A program made the position numbers and the translations under genes. A DNA stretch of 64,000 nucleotides from NCBI GenBank assembly GCA_934418295.1, contig CAKRWZ010000001.1:1611-65610 (forward strand), written 5' to 3'. Source of the stretch: an uncultured Mediterraneibacter sp. Its GTDB lineage: Bacteria > Bacillota > Clostridia > Lachnospirales > Lachnospiraceae. The notes beneath the pieces were generated by a model, which was given only the letters and a program-made list of their open reading frames with translations, had not been told where the DNA came from and did not search any database. This document shows positions 9,511 through 19,275 of the stretch, piece by piece. Every line of letters starts with the position of its first letter. Within the stretch, counting starts at the first letter, position 1.

Positions 9511-9557
9511 ATATTTATCAACTATTAGCAATCAAGCAGAAAGGATACGGAAATTAC

Positions 9558-10841
9558 ATGTTTGCAGACAGAGCAAAGATATATATACGTTCCGGAAAGG
9601 GCGGCGACGGACACGCCAGTTTCCGGAGAGAACTCTATGTGCCAAACGGCGGACCGGACGGCGGCGACGGCGGAAAAGGCGGAGATCTCATTTTTGAGGT
9701 GGATAAAGGACTGAACACTCTGTTGGATTTTCGACATAAACGAAAATTTGCAGCGGGAGACGGCCAAGAGGGCGGAAAAAGAAAATGTCACGGAAAAGAC
9801 GGCCGGGATCTGATCCTGAAGGTGCCGGAGGGAACCGTGATCAAAGAAGCCGAAAGCGGTAAGGTGATCGCCGATATGTCGGGAAATAATCAGCGTCAGA
9901 TCGTTTTAAAAGGCGGAAAGGGCGGACTGGGCAATCAGCATTTCGCCACACCGACGATGCAGGTTCCCAAATATGCACAGCCGGGACAGCCTGCCATGGA
10001 ACTGGAGGTCTGCCTCGAATTGAAAGTGATCGCAGATGTTGGCCTGCTGGGCTTCCCGAATGTCGGAAAATCGACCCTTTTATCTCGAGTGACCAATGCA
10101 GATCCGAAGATCGCAAACTATCATTTTACGACGTTGAACCCAAATCTTGGTGTTGTAGACCTGGGAGATGGACAAGGTTTTGTAATGGCGGATATCCCGG
10201 GGCTGATCGAAGGGGCTTCTGAAGGCGTTGGCTTGGGACATCAGTTCCTGCGCCATATTGAGCGTACAAAGATCATGATCCACGTGGTCGATGCGGCCGG
10301 AAGCGAAGGGCGTGATCCGGTCTCTGATATTTATAAGATCAACGCAGAATTGGAAGCCTACAATCCGGAGCTGGCAAAGCGTCCTCAGGTGATCGCTGCC
10401 AACAAGACGGACCTGATCTATGAGGGAGATGAAAATCCGGTGGATGCTTTGAAGGCAGAATTTGAACCGAAAGGCATCAAAGTATTTCCGATCTCCGGTG
10501 TGTCCGGAAAAGGGATCAGGGAACTTTTGTGGTATGTCAACGAGCAGCTTTCTGAAATGAGTGCAGAGCCTGTGGTGTTTGAACAGGAATATTTTCCGGA
10601 AGAGGAGCTATTATATGAAGATCTGCCTTATGAGGTCACGGTGGAAGACGGCATTTACGTGGTAGAAGGACCAAAAATTGAAAAAATGCTGGGGTACACC
10701 AATCTGGATTCGGAAAAAGGATTTGCATTTTTCCAGAATTTCCTGAAAAATACCGGAATCCTGGAAGAACTGGAAATGGCAGGGATCCAGGAGGGCGATA
10801 CCGTAAGGATGTACGGACTGCAGTTTGACTATTACAAGTAA
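9558..10841 (+). CDS. obg: GTPase Obg/CgtA
   Basis: MFADRAKIYIRSGKGGDGHASFRRE with a glycine-rich Obg fold, G1 motif GFPNVGKST, and a C-terminal OCT domain. Confidence 0.95.
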   Translation: MFADRAKIYIRSGKGGDGHASFRRELYVPNGGPDGGDGGKGGDLIFEVDKGLNTLLDFRHKRKFAAGDGQEGGKRKCHGKDGRDLILKVPEGTVIKEAESGKVIADMSGNNQRQIVLKGGKGGLGNQHFATPTMQVPKYAQPGQPAMELEVCLELKVIADVGLLGFPNVGKSTLLSRVTNADPKIANYHFTTLNPNLGVVDLGDGQGFVMADIPGLIEGASEGVGLGHQFLRHIERTKIMIHVVDAAGSEGRDPVSDIYKINAELEAYNPELAKRPQVIAANKTDLIYEGDENPVDALKAEFEPKGIKVFPISGVSGKGIRELLWYVNEQLSEMSAEPVVFEQEYFPEEELLYEDLPYEVTVEDGIYVVEGPKIEKMLGYTNLDSEKGFAFFQNFLKNTGILEELEMAGIQEGDTVRMYGLQFDYYK

Positions 10842-10863
10842 AACAAACGGAAGGAAAAGAAAC

Positions 10864-11154
10864 ATGACTACAAAACAAAGAGCTTATCTGAAAGGGCTGG
10901 CCATGACCATGGATCCGATCTTTCAGGTGGGAAAAGGAAGTATATCACCAAGCCTGATCACAGCCATCGATGAAGCTTTGGCTGCCAGAGAATTGATCAA
11001 GATCAGTGTTCTGAAAAATTGTGCAGATGACCCGCGGGAGATTGCGGAAATGCTTTCCGAGCGGACTCGTTCTCAGGTCGTTCGGGTGATCGGAAAGAAA
11101 ATCGTTCTTTACAGAGAAGGAAAAGAAGAAAAGAAAAAAATCATCCTTCCATAA
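10864..11154 (+). CDS. yhbY: RNA-binding protein YhbY (CRM domain)
   Basis: LTTKQRAYLKGLAMTMDPIFQVGKGSISP...ELIKISVL is the YhbY signature. Conserved obg-yhbY-nadD order. Confidence 0.85.
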   Translation: MTTKQRAYLKGLAMTMDPIFQVGKGSISPSLITAIDEALAARELIKISVLKNCADDPREIAEMLSERTRSQVVRVIGKKIVLYREGKEEKKKIILP

Positions 11155-11174
11155 ACAGAAACGGAGGAGCTGTT

Positions 11175-11840
11175 ATGAAAATCGGGATTATGGGCGGGAC
11201 GTTCGATCCGATCCATATCGGTCATCTCCTTTTGGGGGAATTTGCTTACGAAGATTTTGGATTGGATGAGATCTGGTTCCTTCCGAACGGAAATCCGCCG
11301 CACAAGAAAAACGAACAGGAAGCTGCGCTGAAAGACCGCGTGGAAATGGTACGGCTGGCCATCGAAGAAATCCCTTATTTTCGTTTGTCCCTTTACGAGG
11401 CAAGGGAAAATGTACATTCTTATACGTACCAGACCATGAATTATTTCAATACAAAATATCCGGAGCATGAATTTTATTTTATCCTGGGTGCAGATTCCTT
11501 ATTTTCCATTGAACAGTGGAAGTTCTTCCGGGAGATTTTTCCGACCTGCCGGATCCTGGCAGCCATGCGCGATGACAGCGGTCTGGAAGATATGAAACGA
11601 CAGATCTGTTATTTACAGGACACTTATCAGGCGCAGATCGATCTGCTGAGGGCACCGCTGCTGGAGATTTCTTCTACAGTGATCCGAAAAAGGGCGAGCG
11701 ACGGTCTTTCCGTCCGTTATATGGTACCGGAAACTGTCGCGGCTTATATATGGGAGAAAGGATTGTATCAAAATGGAGCAGAAGAGCATATCAGAGATCA
11801 AAGAATCTCTGAAGAAGAGACAGAAGAACAGCCGCTATGA
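11175..11840 (+). CDS. nadD: Nicotinate-nucleotide adenylyltransferase
   Basis: IGIMGGTFDPIHIGHL is the (H/T)xGH motif, with ISSTxIR near the C-terminus. Carries a 22-aa acidic tail that overlaps yqeK. Confidence 0.9.
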   Translation: MKIGIMGGTFDPIHIGHLLLGEFAYEDFGLDEIWFLPNGNPPHKKNEQEAALKDRVEMVRLAIEEIPYFRLSLYEARENVHSYTYQTMNYFNTKYPEHEFYFILGADSLFSIEQWKFFREIFPTCRILAAMRDDSGLEDMKRQICYLQDTYQAQIDLLRAPLLEISSTVIRKRASDGLSVRYMVPETVAAYIWEKGLYQNGAEEHIRDQRISEEETEEQPL

Positions 11841-12345
11841 GCATACAATGGGTGTGATGTATACGGCTGCATCTATGGCGATGGCCTTTCATATGGATCC
11901 GGAAAAAGCACTCCTGGCGGGACTTTTGCATGACTGCGGGAAATATGGGACGAATGAAGAACAGCTGGAAAGCTGCAAAAAACACCAGATCACTTTGTCA
12001 GATGCCGAGCTGGAGATCCCTGCCCTGGTACATGCAAAGCTGGGCGTTTATTATGCAAAAAACCGATACGGCGTCTCGGATGAAGAGATCCTGCAGGCAA
12101 TCCGTTATCATACAACCGGCCGTCCGGGAATGTCCGATCTGGAAAAAATCGTTTACCTGGCAGACTACATCGAACCGGGAAGAAAAAATATCCCCAATTT
12201 GCCGGATATCCGGCAATTGGCTTTTCGAGATTTAAACAAAGCTGTAAAGACGGTTTCCGGCCAAACCCTTCGTTATCTGGAGTCTACAGGCGGAAAAACA
12301 GATCCTGCGACCCGGGAAACCTGGGAATATTACCAAAATTTTTGA
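11773..12345 (+). CDS. yqeK: HD-domain bis(5'-nucleosyl)-tetraphosphatase YqeK
   Basis: RYEHTMGV...LLHDCGK HD motif. Conserved nadD-yqeK-rsfS context. Confidence 0.85.
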   Translation: MEQKSISEIKESLKKRQKNSRYEHTMGVMYTAASMAMAFHMDPEKALLAGLLHDCGKYGTNEEQLESCKKHQITLSDAELEIPALVHAKLGVYYAKNRYGVSDEEILQAIRYHTTGRPGMSDLEKIVYLADYIEPGRKNIPNLPDIRQLAFRDLNKAVKTVSGQTLRYLESTGGKTDPATRETWEYYQNF

Positions 12346-12415
12346 CAAGTTATTTGCGGCTGATCATTTGTAATTGGTTTATGGAAACAAGCAATAGTAG
12401 ATAAAGGAGTGGATT

Positions 12416-12778
12416 ATGGAAAATATAGCAAGTTCTTCAAAAGAACTGATTAAAATCGCTTATGAAGCACTGAATGAAAAAAAAGGAGAAGACATCAAGA
12501 TCATCGATATTTCGGCACTTACCGTTGTCGCAGATTATTTTATCATTGCCAACGGTTCCAATGATTCCCATGTAAATGCACTGGTGGAGAACGTGGAAGA
12601 GCAGCTGGCAAAACATGGCTGCCACGCCAAGACACGTGAAGGCGCTGTCCGGGGCGGATGGGTCCTGATCGATTTCGGTGATATCATCGTGCACATCTTT
12701 GACAAAGAAAATCGACTGTTCTATGATCTGGAACGAATCTGGAGAGACGGACAGGCCATCGATCCCGAAACTTTGTGA
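12416..12778 (+). CDS. rsfS: Ribosome silencing factor RsfS
   Basis: 120 aa. Sequence KKGEDIKIIDIS...ADYFIIANGSND...WVLIDFGDIIVHIF is typical of RsfS/YbeB. Confidence 0.9.
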   Translation: MENIASSSKELIKIAYEALNEKKGEDIKIIDISALTVVADYFIIANGSNDSHVNALVENVEEQLAKHGCHAKTREGAVRGGWVLIDFGDIIVHIFDKENRLFYDLERIWRDGQAIDPETL

Positions 12779-12887
12779 CAAAAAAGACGATCCTGAAATT
12801 TGGGAAAAGCTATTTTATTCTCCGAAGAATTATGCTAGAATAAGCTGAACACATTTGCAGAATAGCAGTTTTGTGTAAAAAAAGTAC

Positions 12888-12916
12888 TTGTATAATACCG
12901 CGTTTGTTGGTATAAT
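12888..12916 (+). promoter_or_regulatory. Putative promoter of the butyryl-CoA operon (extended -10)
   Basis: TTGTAT (12888-12893), 17 nt of spacer, then TATAAT (12911-12916), preceded by TGg. A second TGTATAAT sits at 12889-12896. Confidence 0.45.
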
Positions 12917-12928
12917 AATTAGTACAAT

Positions 12929-12946
12929 ACGTGAAATTTTTAACAA
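12929..12946. promoter_or_regulatory. Candidate Rex (redox-sensing repressor) operator
   Basis: ACGTGAAATTTTTAACAA compared with the clostridial Rex consensus TTGTTAA-N4-TTAACAA. The right half-site is perfect; the left half matches 4-5 of 7. Located just downstream of the -10. Confidence 0.4.
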
Positions 12947-12979
12947 CCGAATAGTCGGTACAAGAAAGAGAGGTAAATC

Positions 12980-14161
12980 ATGAGTAAGAAAGTTGTTTTG
13001 GCAGGTGCATGCCGTACAGCAATCGGTAAAATGGGTGGAGCTTTCAGCACAACTCCGGCTACAGAACTGGGTTCTGTTGTAATTAAAGAGGCACTGAACA
13101 GAGCAGGTGTTGCTCCGGAGCAGGTTGATCATGTGTACATGGGATGCGTTATCCAGGCTGGTCTTGGACAGAACGTAGCACGTCAGGCTTCCCTGAAGGC
13201 AGGACTTCCGATCGAGACACCGGCAGTTACTGTTAACGTTGTATGCGGTTCCGGTCTGAACTGTGTAAACATGGCTGCACAGATGATCATCGCCGGAGAT
13301 GCTGACATCGTAGTAGCAGGTGGTATGGAAAACATGTCCATGGCTCCGTACGCACTGAAGAATGCTCGTTACGGATACAGAATGGGCAACGCACCGATGA
13401 TCGATACCATGGTAAATGATGCTCTTTGGGATGCATTCAATGATTATCACATGGGTATCACAGCTGAGAACGTAGCAGAGCAGTGGGGATTGACCCGTGA
13501 AATGCTTGATGAGTTTGCAGCATCCAGCCAGCAGAAAGCTTCTGCAGCAATCGAGGAAGGCAGATTCAAAGATGAGATCGTTCCGGTTGAAGTAAAACAG
13601 AAAAAACAGACAGTAATCGTTGATTCTGACGAAGGCCCGCGTGCAGGTGTTACAGCTGAGAGCATTTCCAAGCTTCGCCCGGCATTCAAAAAAGACGGTA
13701 TCGTTACAGCAGCAAACGCTTCCGGTATCAATGATGGTGCAGCAGCAATCGTTGTTATGAGCGAAGAAAAAGCAAAAGAGCTCGGTGTTACTCCGATGGC
13801 TACATGGGTTGCAGGAGCACTTGGCGGTGTTGATCCGTCCATCATGGGTGTTGGTCCTGTTGCTTCTACAAAGAAAGTAATGGCTAAGACAGGCCTTACA
13901 GTTGCTGATATGGATCTGATCGAAGCAAACGAAGCTTTCGCAGCACAGTCTCTGGCAGTTGCTCATGATCTTGAGTTTGATATGGATAAAGTAAATGTAA
14001 ACGGTGGAGCTATCGCACTGGGACATCCGGTTGGAGCTTCCGGATGCCGTATCCTTGTTACACTGCTTCACGAGATGCAGAAGAGAGATGCTAAGAAAGG
14101 TCTTGCTACTCTGTGTATCGGCGGTGGAATGGGCTGCTCTACAATCGTAGAAAGAGATTAA
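12980..14161 (+). CDS. thlA: Acetyl-CoA acetyltransferase (thiolase)
   Basis: 393 aa. VNVVCGSGL (active-site Cys), [15 protein letters not shown] and CIGGGMG motifs. Confidence 0.95.
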   Translation: MSKKVVLAGACRTAIGKMGGAFSTTPATELGSVVIKEALNRAGVAPEQVDHVYMGCVIQAGLGQNVARQASLKAGLPIETPAVTVNVVCGSGLNCVNMAAQMIIAGDADIVVAGGMENMSMAPYALKNARYGYRMGNAPMIDTMVNDALWDAFNDYHMGITAENVAEQWGLTREMLDEFAASSQQKASAAIEEGRFKDEIVPVEVKQKKQTVIVDSDEGPRAGVTAESISKLRPAFKKDGIVTAANASGINDGAAAIVVMSEEKAKELGVTPMATWVAGALGGVDPSIMGVGPVASTKKVMAKTGLTVADMDLIEANEAFAAQSLAVAHDLEFDMDKVNVNGGAIALGHPVGASGCRILVTLLHEMQKRDAKKGLATLCIGGGMGCSTIVERD

Positions 14162-14281
14162 TGCTTTTTTAAGTAAGATAAGCAGGCATACATTTTTCAT
14201 GTATGCTTGCTTTCGATTGTTTTTCACAATATTTAATTGAAAGGAAACAATCAACAATATATTCATAAAGGAGGTTTCATA

Positions 14282-15058
14282 ATGGAGTTTATTTGTTATG
14301 AGCAGAAAGGATTTGTCGGAATCATCACGATCAATCGTCCAAAGGCACTCAACGCATTAAACAGTCAGGTTCTGGATGAACTCGATCAGACGATCGATGC
14401 TGTTGATCTGGAATCTACAAGATGTCTGATCGTGACAGGTGCCGGAGAAAAATCTTTCGTCGCAGGCGCAGACATTGCCGAAATGAGTAATTTGACTAAG
14501 GCAGAGGGTGAAGTATTCGGAAAGAAAGGAAATGATGTATTCCGTAAACTGGAAACATTCCCGATTCCGGTTATCGCTGCGGTCAACGGTTTTGCACTGG
14601 GCGGTGGATGTGAGCTCTCCATGAGCTGTGATATCCGTATTTGTTCCGAAAATGCCATGTTCGGACAGCCGGAAGCAGGACTTGGAATTACTCCGGGATT
14701 CGGTGGAACACAGAGACTTGCCCGCGTGATCGGTGTTGGAAAAGCAAAAGAGATGATCTACGGCGCAAGAAACATCAAGGCAGACGAAGCATACCGCATC
14801 GGCCTTGTAAACGCTGTTTATCCGCTGGAAGAGCTTATGCCGGCTGCTGAAAAGATGGCCGCAGGTATCAGCAAAAATGCACCTATCGCAGTCCGTAACT
14901 GCAAGAAAGCCATCAACGATGGTCTTCAGGTAGACATGGATCAGGCGATCGTGATCGAAGAAAAACTTTTTGGCGACTGCTTTGAGACAGCTGACCAGAA
15001 AGAGGGTATGGGTGCATTCCTTGAAAAGAGAAAAGAGAAAAATTTCATCAATAAATAA
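14282..15058 (+). CDS. crt: Short-chain enoyl-CoA hydratase (crotonase)
   Basis: ATG at 14282 follows AAAGGAGG. Sequence ITINRPKALNAL...FVAGADI...AAVNGFALGGGCEL is the crotonase fold. Confidence 0.92.
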   Translation: MEFICYEQKGFVGIITINRPKALNALNSQVLDELDQTIDAVDLESTRCLIVTGAGEKSFVAGADIAEMSNLTKAEGEVFGKKGNDVFRKLETFPIPVIAAVNGFALGGGCELSMSCDIRICSENAMFGQPEAGLGITPGFGGTQRLARVIGVGKAKEMIYGARNIKADEAYRIGLVNAVYPLEELMPAAEKMAAGISKNAPIAVRNCKKAINDGLQVDMDQAIVIEEKLFGDCFETADQKEGMGAFLEKRKEKNFINK

Positions 15059-15076
15059 AAAACAGGAGGTATTACC

Positions 15077-15916
15077 ATGAAGGTAGGTATTATTGGTGCA
15101 GGAACAATGGGTTCAGGTATTGCTCAGGCTTTCGCTCAGAAAGACGGTTATGAAGTAATTCTTTGCGATATCAACGAAGAATTCGCAGCAGGCGGAAAAG
15201 CTAAAATCAAAAAAGGCTTTGACAAAAGAATCGCAAAAGGCAAAATGACACAGGAAGATGCTGACAAGATCCTCGAGAAGATCACAACAGGTGTAAAAGA
15301 CATCTGCACAGACTGTGACCTCGTGATTGAAGCAGCCATCGAGAACATGGAAATCAAAAAACAGACATTCAAAGAGCTGCAGGAAATCTGTAAAGAAGAC
15401 TGTATCTTTGCAACAAACACATCCTCTCTTTCTATCACAGAGATCGGAGCAGGACTTGATCGTCCGGTAATCGGAATGCATTTCTTCAATCCGGCACCGG
15501 TTATGAAGCTTGTTGAAGTAATCGCTGGTCTGAACACACCTGCAGAAGTTGTAGATAAGATCAAAGAAATCTCCGAAGATATCGGCAAAACACCTGTACA
15601 GGTTGAGGAAGCTGCAGGATTTGTTGTAAACAGAATCCTGATCCCGATGATCAACGAAGCAATCGGCATCTACGCTGACGGTGTTGCATCCGTAGAAGGT
15701 ATCGACACAGCTATGAAACTTGGTGCAAACCACCCAATGGGACCTCTGGCTCTTGGCGATCTGATCGGTCTGGATGTTTGCCTTGCTATTATGGAAGTAC
15801 TTCAGTCTGAAACAGGCGATCCGAAATATCGTCCGCATCCGTTGCTGAGAAAAATGGTTCGCGGCGGAAAACTGGGTATGAAGACTGGTAAAGGATTCTA
15901 TGACTATTCCAAATAG
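15077..15916 (+). CDS. hbd: 3-hydroxybutyryl-CoA dehydrogenase
   Basis: [15 protein letters not shown] Rossmann motif, [14 protein letters not shown] and GFVVNRIL motifs. Confidence 0.95.
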   Translation: MKVGIIGAGTMGSGIAQAFAQKDGYEVILCDINEEFAAGGKAKIKKGFDKRIAKGKMTQEDADKILEKITTGVKDICTDCDLVIEAAIENMEIKKQTFKELQEICKEDCIFATNTSSLSITEIGAGLDRPVIGMHFFNPAPVMKLVEVIAGLNTPAEVVDKIKEISEDIGKTPVQVEEAAGFVVNRILIPMINEAIGIYADGVASVEGIDTAMKLGANHPMGPLALGDLIGLDVCLAIMEVLQSETGDPKYRPHPLLRKMVRGGKLGMKTGKGFYDYSK

Positions 15917-15953
15917 GATTTGAGCCGTAATATAGAAAATGGAGGAAGATTAA

Positions 15954-17105
15954 ATGGATTTCGCATTAGATAAGAAACACGAAATGGCCAGAACTCTTTT
16001 TAAAGAGTTTGCAGAAAATGAAGTAAAACCATTTGCTCAGGAAGTTGACGAAACAGAAGTTTTCCCGAAAGCAGCAGTAGAGAAAATGGCAAAATATGGT
16101 TTCCTCGGAATTCCTGTGCCAAAGGAGTACGGCGGACAGGGATGCGACCCGCTTACATATGTAATGTGCGTTGAGGAGCTTGCAAAAGTTTGTGCTACAA
16201 CCGCAGTTATCGTTTCTGCTCATACATCACTTTGTATCGATCCGATCATGACATACGGTACACCTGCACAAAAAGAAAAATATGTTCCGGATCTTGCTTC
16301 CGGACGCAAAATCGGTGCTTTCGGTCTGACAGAGCCAGGCGCAGGTACAGATGCTCAGGGTCAGCAGACAAAAGCTGTTCTTGACGGAGACGAGTGGGTA
16401 CTGAACGGATCCAAATGTTTCATCACAAACGGTAAAGAAGCTGATATTTATATCGTGATTGCTGTAACAGGTATTGTTGAAAAACGAGGCAGAAAGCTGA
16501 AAGAGATTTCTGCGTTCATCGTTGAAAAAGGAACTCCAGGATTTACATTCGGTACAAAAGAGAAGAAAATGGGTATCCGTGGTTCTTCTACATACGAGCT
16601 GATCTTTACAGACTGCCGTATCCCGAAGGAAAACCTTCTCGGAGCACAGGGCAAAGGATTTGGTATCGCTATGCATACTCTGGATGGCGGACGTATCGGT
16701 ATTGCTTCTCAGGCTCTTGGAATCGCTGAGGGTGCTCTTGAGAGAACAGTTGAATATGTAAAAGAAAGAAAGCAGTTCGGACGTTCTATTTCACAGTTCC
16801 AGAATACACAGTTCCAGCTGGCTGATATGGCTACAAAAGTAGAAGCTGCTAAAATGCTGGTATACAAAGCTGCTATGGCAAAAGCTACACAGAAAGTTTA
16901 CAGTGTAGAGGCTGCACAGGCTAAACTGTATGCTGCAGAAGTTGCTATGGAAGTAACTACAAAAGCTGTTCAGTTACATGGTGGTTACGGCTACATTCGT
17001 GAGTACGATGTAGAACGTATGATGCGCGATGCTAAGATCACAGAAATCTACGAAGGAACTTCAGAAGTTCAGCGTATGGTTATTTCTGGAAACTTGTTGA
17101 AATAA
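15954..17105 (+). CDS. bcd: Butyryl-CoA dehydrogenase (electron-bifurcating type, works with EtfAB)
   Basis: 383-aa acyl-CoA dehydrogenase (GLTEPGAGTD, QLHGGYGY, EIYEGTSEVQR), followed by etfB and etfA. Confidence 0.93.
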   Translation: MDFALDKKHEMARTLFKEFAENEVKPFAQEVDETEVFPKAAVEKMAKYGFLGIPVPKEYGGQGCDPLTYVMCVEELAKVCATTAVIVSAHTSLCIDPIMTYGTPAQKEKYVPDLASGRKIGAFGLTEPGAGTDAQGQQTKAVLDGDEWVLNGSKCFITNGKEADIYIVIAVTGIVEKRGRKLKEISAFIVEKGTPGFTFGTKEKKMGIRGSSTYELIFTDCRIPKENLLGAQGKGFGIAMHTLDGGRIGIASQALGIAEGALERTVEYVKERKQFGRSISQFQNTQFQLADMATKVEAAKMLVYKAAMAKATQKVYSVEAAQAKLYAAEVAMEVTTKAVQLHGGYGYIREYDVERMMRDAKITEIYEGTSEVQRMVISGNLLK

Positions 17106-17120
17106 TAGGAGGTACGAATC

Positions 17121-17903
17121 GTGAAGATAGTTGTTTGTGTAAAACAGGTACCAGATACAAAGGGTGGAGTTCAGTTCAATCCAGATGGTACACTTAACAG
17201 AGCTGCAATGCTTGCAATTATGAATCCGGATGATAAAGCAGGTCTTGAAGCAGCACTTAGATTAAAAGATCAATATGGAGCAGAAGTTACTGTTGTTACA
17301 ATGGGTCTTCCAAAAGCAGCAGATGTACTTCGTGAAGCTCTTGCTATGGGCGCTGACAAAGCAATCCTGATCACCGACCGTGTTCTCGGTGGTGCTGATA
17401 CATGGGCTACATCCAGCACAATCGCTGCAGGACTTCGCAATCTGGAATATGACCTGATCATCACAGGCCGTCAGGCTATCGATGGAGATACAGCTCAGGT
17501 TGGTCCTCAGATCTCTGAGCACCTGGATATTCCGGTTATCTCTTACGCACAGGATATCAAAATTGAGGGAGACAGCGTAATCGTTCAGCGTCAGTACGAA
17601 GACAGATATCACGTGGTTAAAGCTAAAATGCCATGCCTGATCACTGCTCTTTCTGAATTAAATGAACCTCGTTACATGACACCAGGCGGAATCTTTGATG
17701 CTTGTGATGCTGAAATCACTACATGGGGCAGAAAAGATCTGAAAGATCTGGATGATGCAAACATCGGTTTGAATGGTTCTCCGACAAAAATTGCAAAAGC
17801 ATCTGACAAAGTACGTAAAGGTGCTGGTGAAGTGGTTACACTTGATCCGGATGAAGCAGTTACATACCTCATGGGTAAATTGACAGAGAAACATATCATT
17901 TAA
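17121..17903 (+). CDS. etfB: Electron transfer flavoprotein beta subunit
   Basis: GTG start after AGGAGG. IVVCVKQVPDT signature, 260 aa. Confidence 0.92.
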   Translation: MKIVVCVKQVPDTKGGVQFNPDGTLNRAAMLAIMNPDDKAGLEAALRLKDQYGAEVTVVTMGLPKAADVLREALAMGADKAILITDRVLGGADTWATSSTIAAGLRNLEYDLIITGRQAIDGDTAQVGPQISEHLDIPVISYAQDIKIEGDSVIVQRQYEDRYHVVKAKMPCLITALSELNEPRYMTPGGIFDACDAEITTWGRKDLKDLDDANIGLNGSPTKIAKASDKVRKGAGEVVTLDPDEAVTYLMGKLTEKHII

Positions 17904-17916
17904 GTATAAAGGAAAA

Positions 17917-18975
17917 GTGGTGAATATGATGAATTTAGCAGAATATAAAGGAGTATATGTCTTTGCACAGCAGGTGGACGGCGTATTAGGCGGTATTGCC
18001 TTTGAACTGCTTGGCAAAGCAAAAGATCTTGCAAGTGATTTGGGCACAGACGTAACAGCAGTTCTGATCGGTTCTGACGTAAAAGGACTGGCAGATCAGC
18101 TTGCAGAGTATGGTGCTGATAAGGTAATCGTAGTTGACGATCCTGAGTTAAAAGAGTACAGAACAGAGCCATATACACATGCACTTGCATCCGTAATCAA
18201 TGAGTACAAACCGGAAATCGTACTGGTAGGCGCTACAGCAATCGGACGTGACCTCGGACCGAGAGTTTCCGCAAGAGTTGCTACAGGTCTTACAGCTGAC
18301 TGTACCGTACTTGAGATCGGTGATTTCCCGCTTAACCCAATTCCGGGCAAAGAGCAGAAACACAATCAGTTGCTTATGACACGTCCTGCATTCGGTGGAA
18401 ACACAATTGCTACCATCGCTTGTCCGGATCATCGTCCGCAGATGGCAACCGTTCGTCCGGGTGTTATGCAGAAGATCACTCCGGTTAAAGGAGCAAAAGC
18501 AGAAGTTATCGAATTCAATCCGGGATTTACACCGGATAACAAATACGTAGAGATTCTTGAAGTTGTAAAATCTGTATCTGAGACTGTCGATATCATGGAT
18601 GCAAAAATCCTTGTTTCCGGTGGTCGTGGAGTTGGTTCTGCAGAAAACTTCAAACTTCTGGAAGATCTCGCTGAAGCAATCGGTGGAGAAGTAAGCTGCT
18701 CACGTGCAGTTGTAGATAACGGCTGGAAACCGAAAGATCTTCAGGTTGGACAGACAGGTAAAACTGTTCGTCCGCAGGTTTACTTCGCAATCGGTATTTC
18801 CGGAGCAATCCAGCACGTTGCAGGTATGGAAGAGTCTGATCTTATCATCGCGATCAACAAAGATGAGACAGCACCGATCTTCGATGTAGCTGATTACGGT
18901 ATCGTTGGAGATCTGAACAAGATCCTTCCAAAACTGACAGAAGATATCAAAGCTGCTGTTGCTGCAAAGAAATAA
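17917..18975 (+). CDS. etfA: Electron transfer flavoprotein alpha subunit
   Basis: 352 aa. The C-terminus (GQTGKTVRPQVYFAIGISGAIQHVAGM) is the FAD-binding signature. Start could be GTG 17917 or ATG 17926. Confidence 0.92.
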   Translation: MVNMMNLAEYKGVYVFAQQVDGVLGGIAFELLGKAKDLASDLGTDVTAVLIGSDVKGLADQLAEYGADKVIVVDDPELKEYRTEPYTHALASVINEYKPEIVLVGATAIGRDLGPRVSARVATGLTADCTVLEIGDFPLNPIPGKEQKHNQLLMTRPAFGGNTIATIACPDHRPQMATVRPGVMQKITPVKGAKAEVIEFNPGFTPDNKYVEILEVVKSVSETVDIMDAKILVSGGRGVGSAENFKLLEDLAEAIGGEVSCSRAVVDNGWKPKDLQVGQTGKTVRPQVYFAIGISGAIQHVAGMEESDLIIAINKDETAPIFDVADYGIVGDLNKILPKLTEDIKAAVAAKK

Positions 18976-19022
18976 TACTTTTTTCGGATATATAATAATC
19001 GAATAAAAGTGTAATAGAAGAG

Positions 19023-19054
19023 GAGAGAACGCTTGTTGCGTTTTCTCCTTTTTG
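19023..19054 (+). terminator. Rho-independent terminator of the thl-etfA operon
   Basis: GGAGAGAACGC-ttgtt-GCGTTTTCTCC (11-bp stem, one G-T pair) followed by TTTTT. Confidence 0.75.
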
Positions 19055-19164
19055 ATGCACAACCCCAACAAGCTACATACATTACGCTTGCGTAAAATGC
19101 AATTTGCCGGGTGTAAGAACACTGAGCGTTTAAGCGAATCCACCGGGCCTTTTGTCGTATGTTT

Positions 19165-19210
19165 GGCAACAAAAAACCCACTCAATACCAAACTTGGTAC
19201 TAAGTGGGTT
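19165..19210 (-). terminator. Rho-independent terminator of but (minus strand)
   Basis: On the minus strand, AACCCACT...AGTGGGTT with an inner TACCA/TGGTA stem, followed by TTTTTTGTTG. Confidence 0.65.
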
Positions 19211-19275
19211 AAAATTTGCATATCTTGTTTATTTTCTTTTGTTTCTTTTTATCACTTCTGTTTGTAAGATCCTAT

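Noticed and set aside
12830-14266. 478-aa Cys-rich ORF on the minus strand spanning the whole thiolase gene. Similar long antisense ORFs occur at 15113-15838, 3667-4389, 7612-8439, 37548-38549, 48051-49160 and 61113-62099.
   Set aside because: Each lies exactly antisense to a confidently identified gene. They have odd low-complexity composition and no RBS or family resemblance. Strong codon bias in the sense genes explains the stop-free shadow frames.
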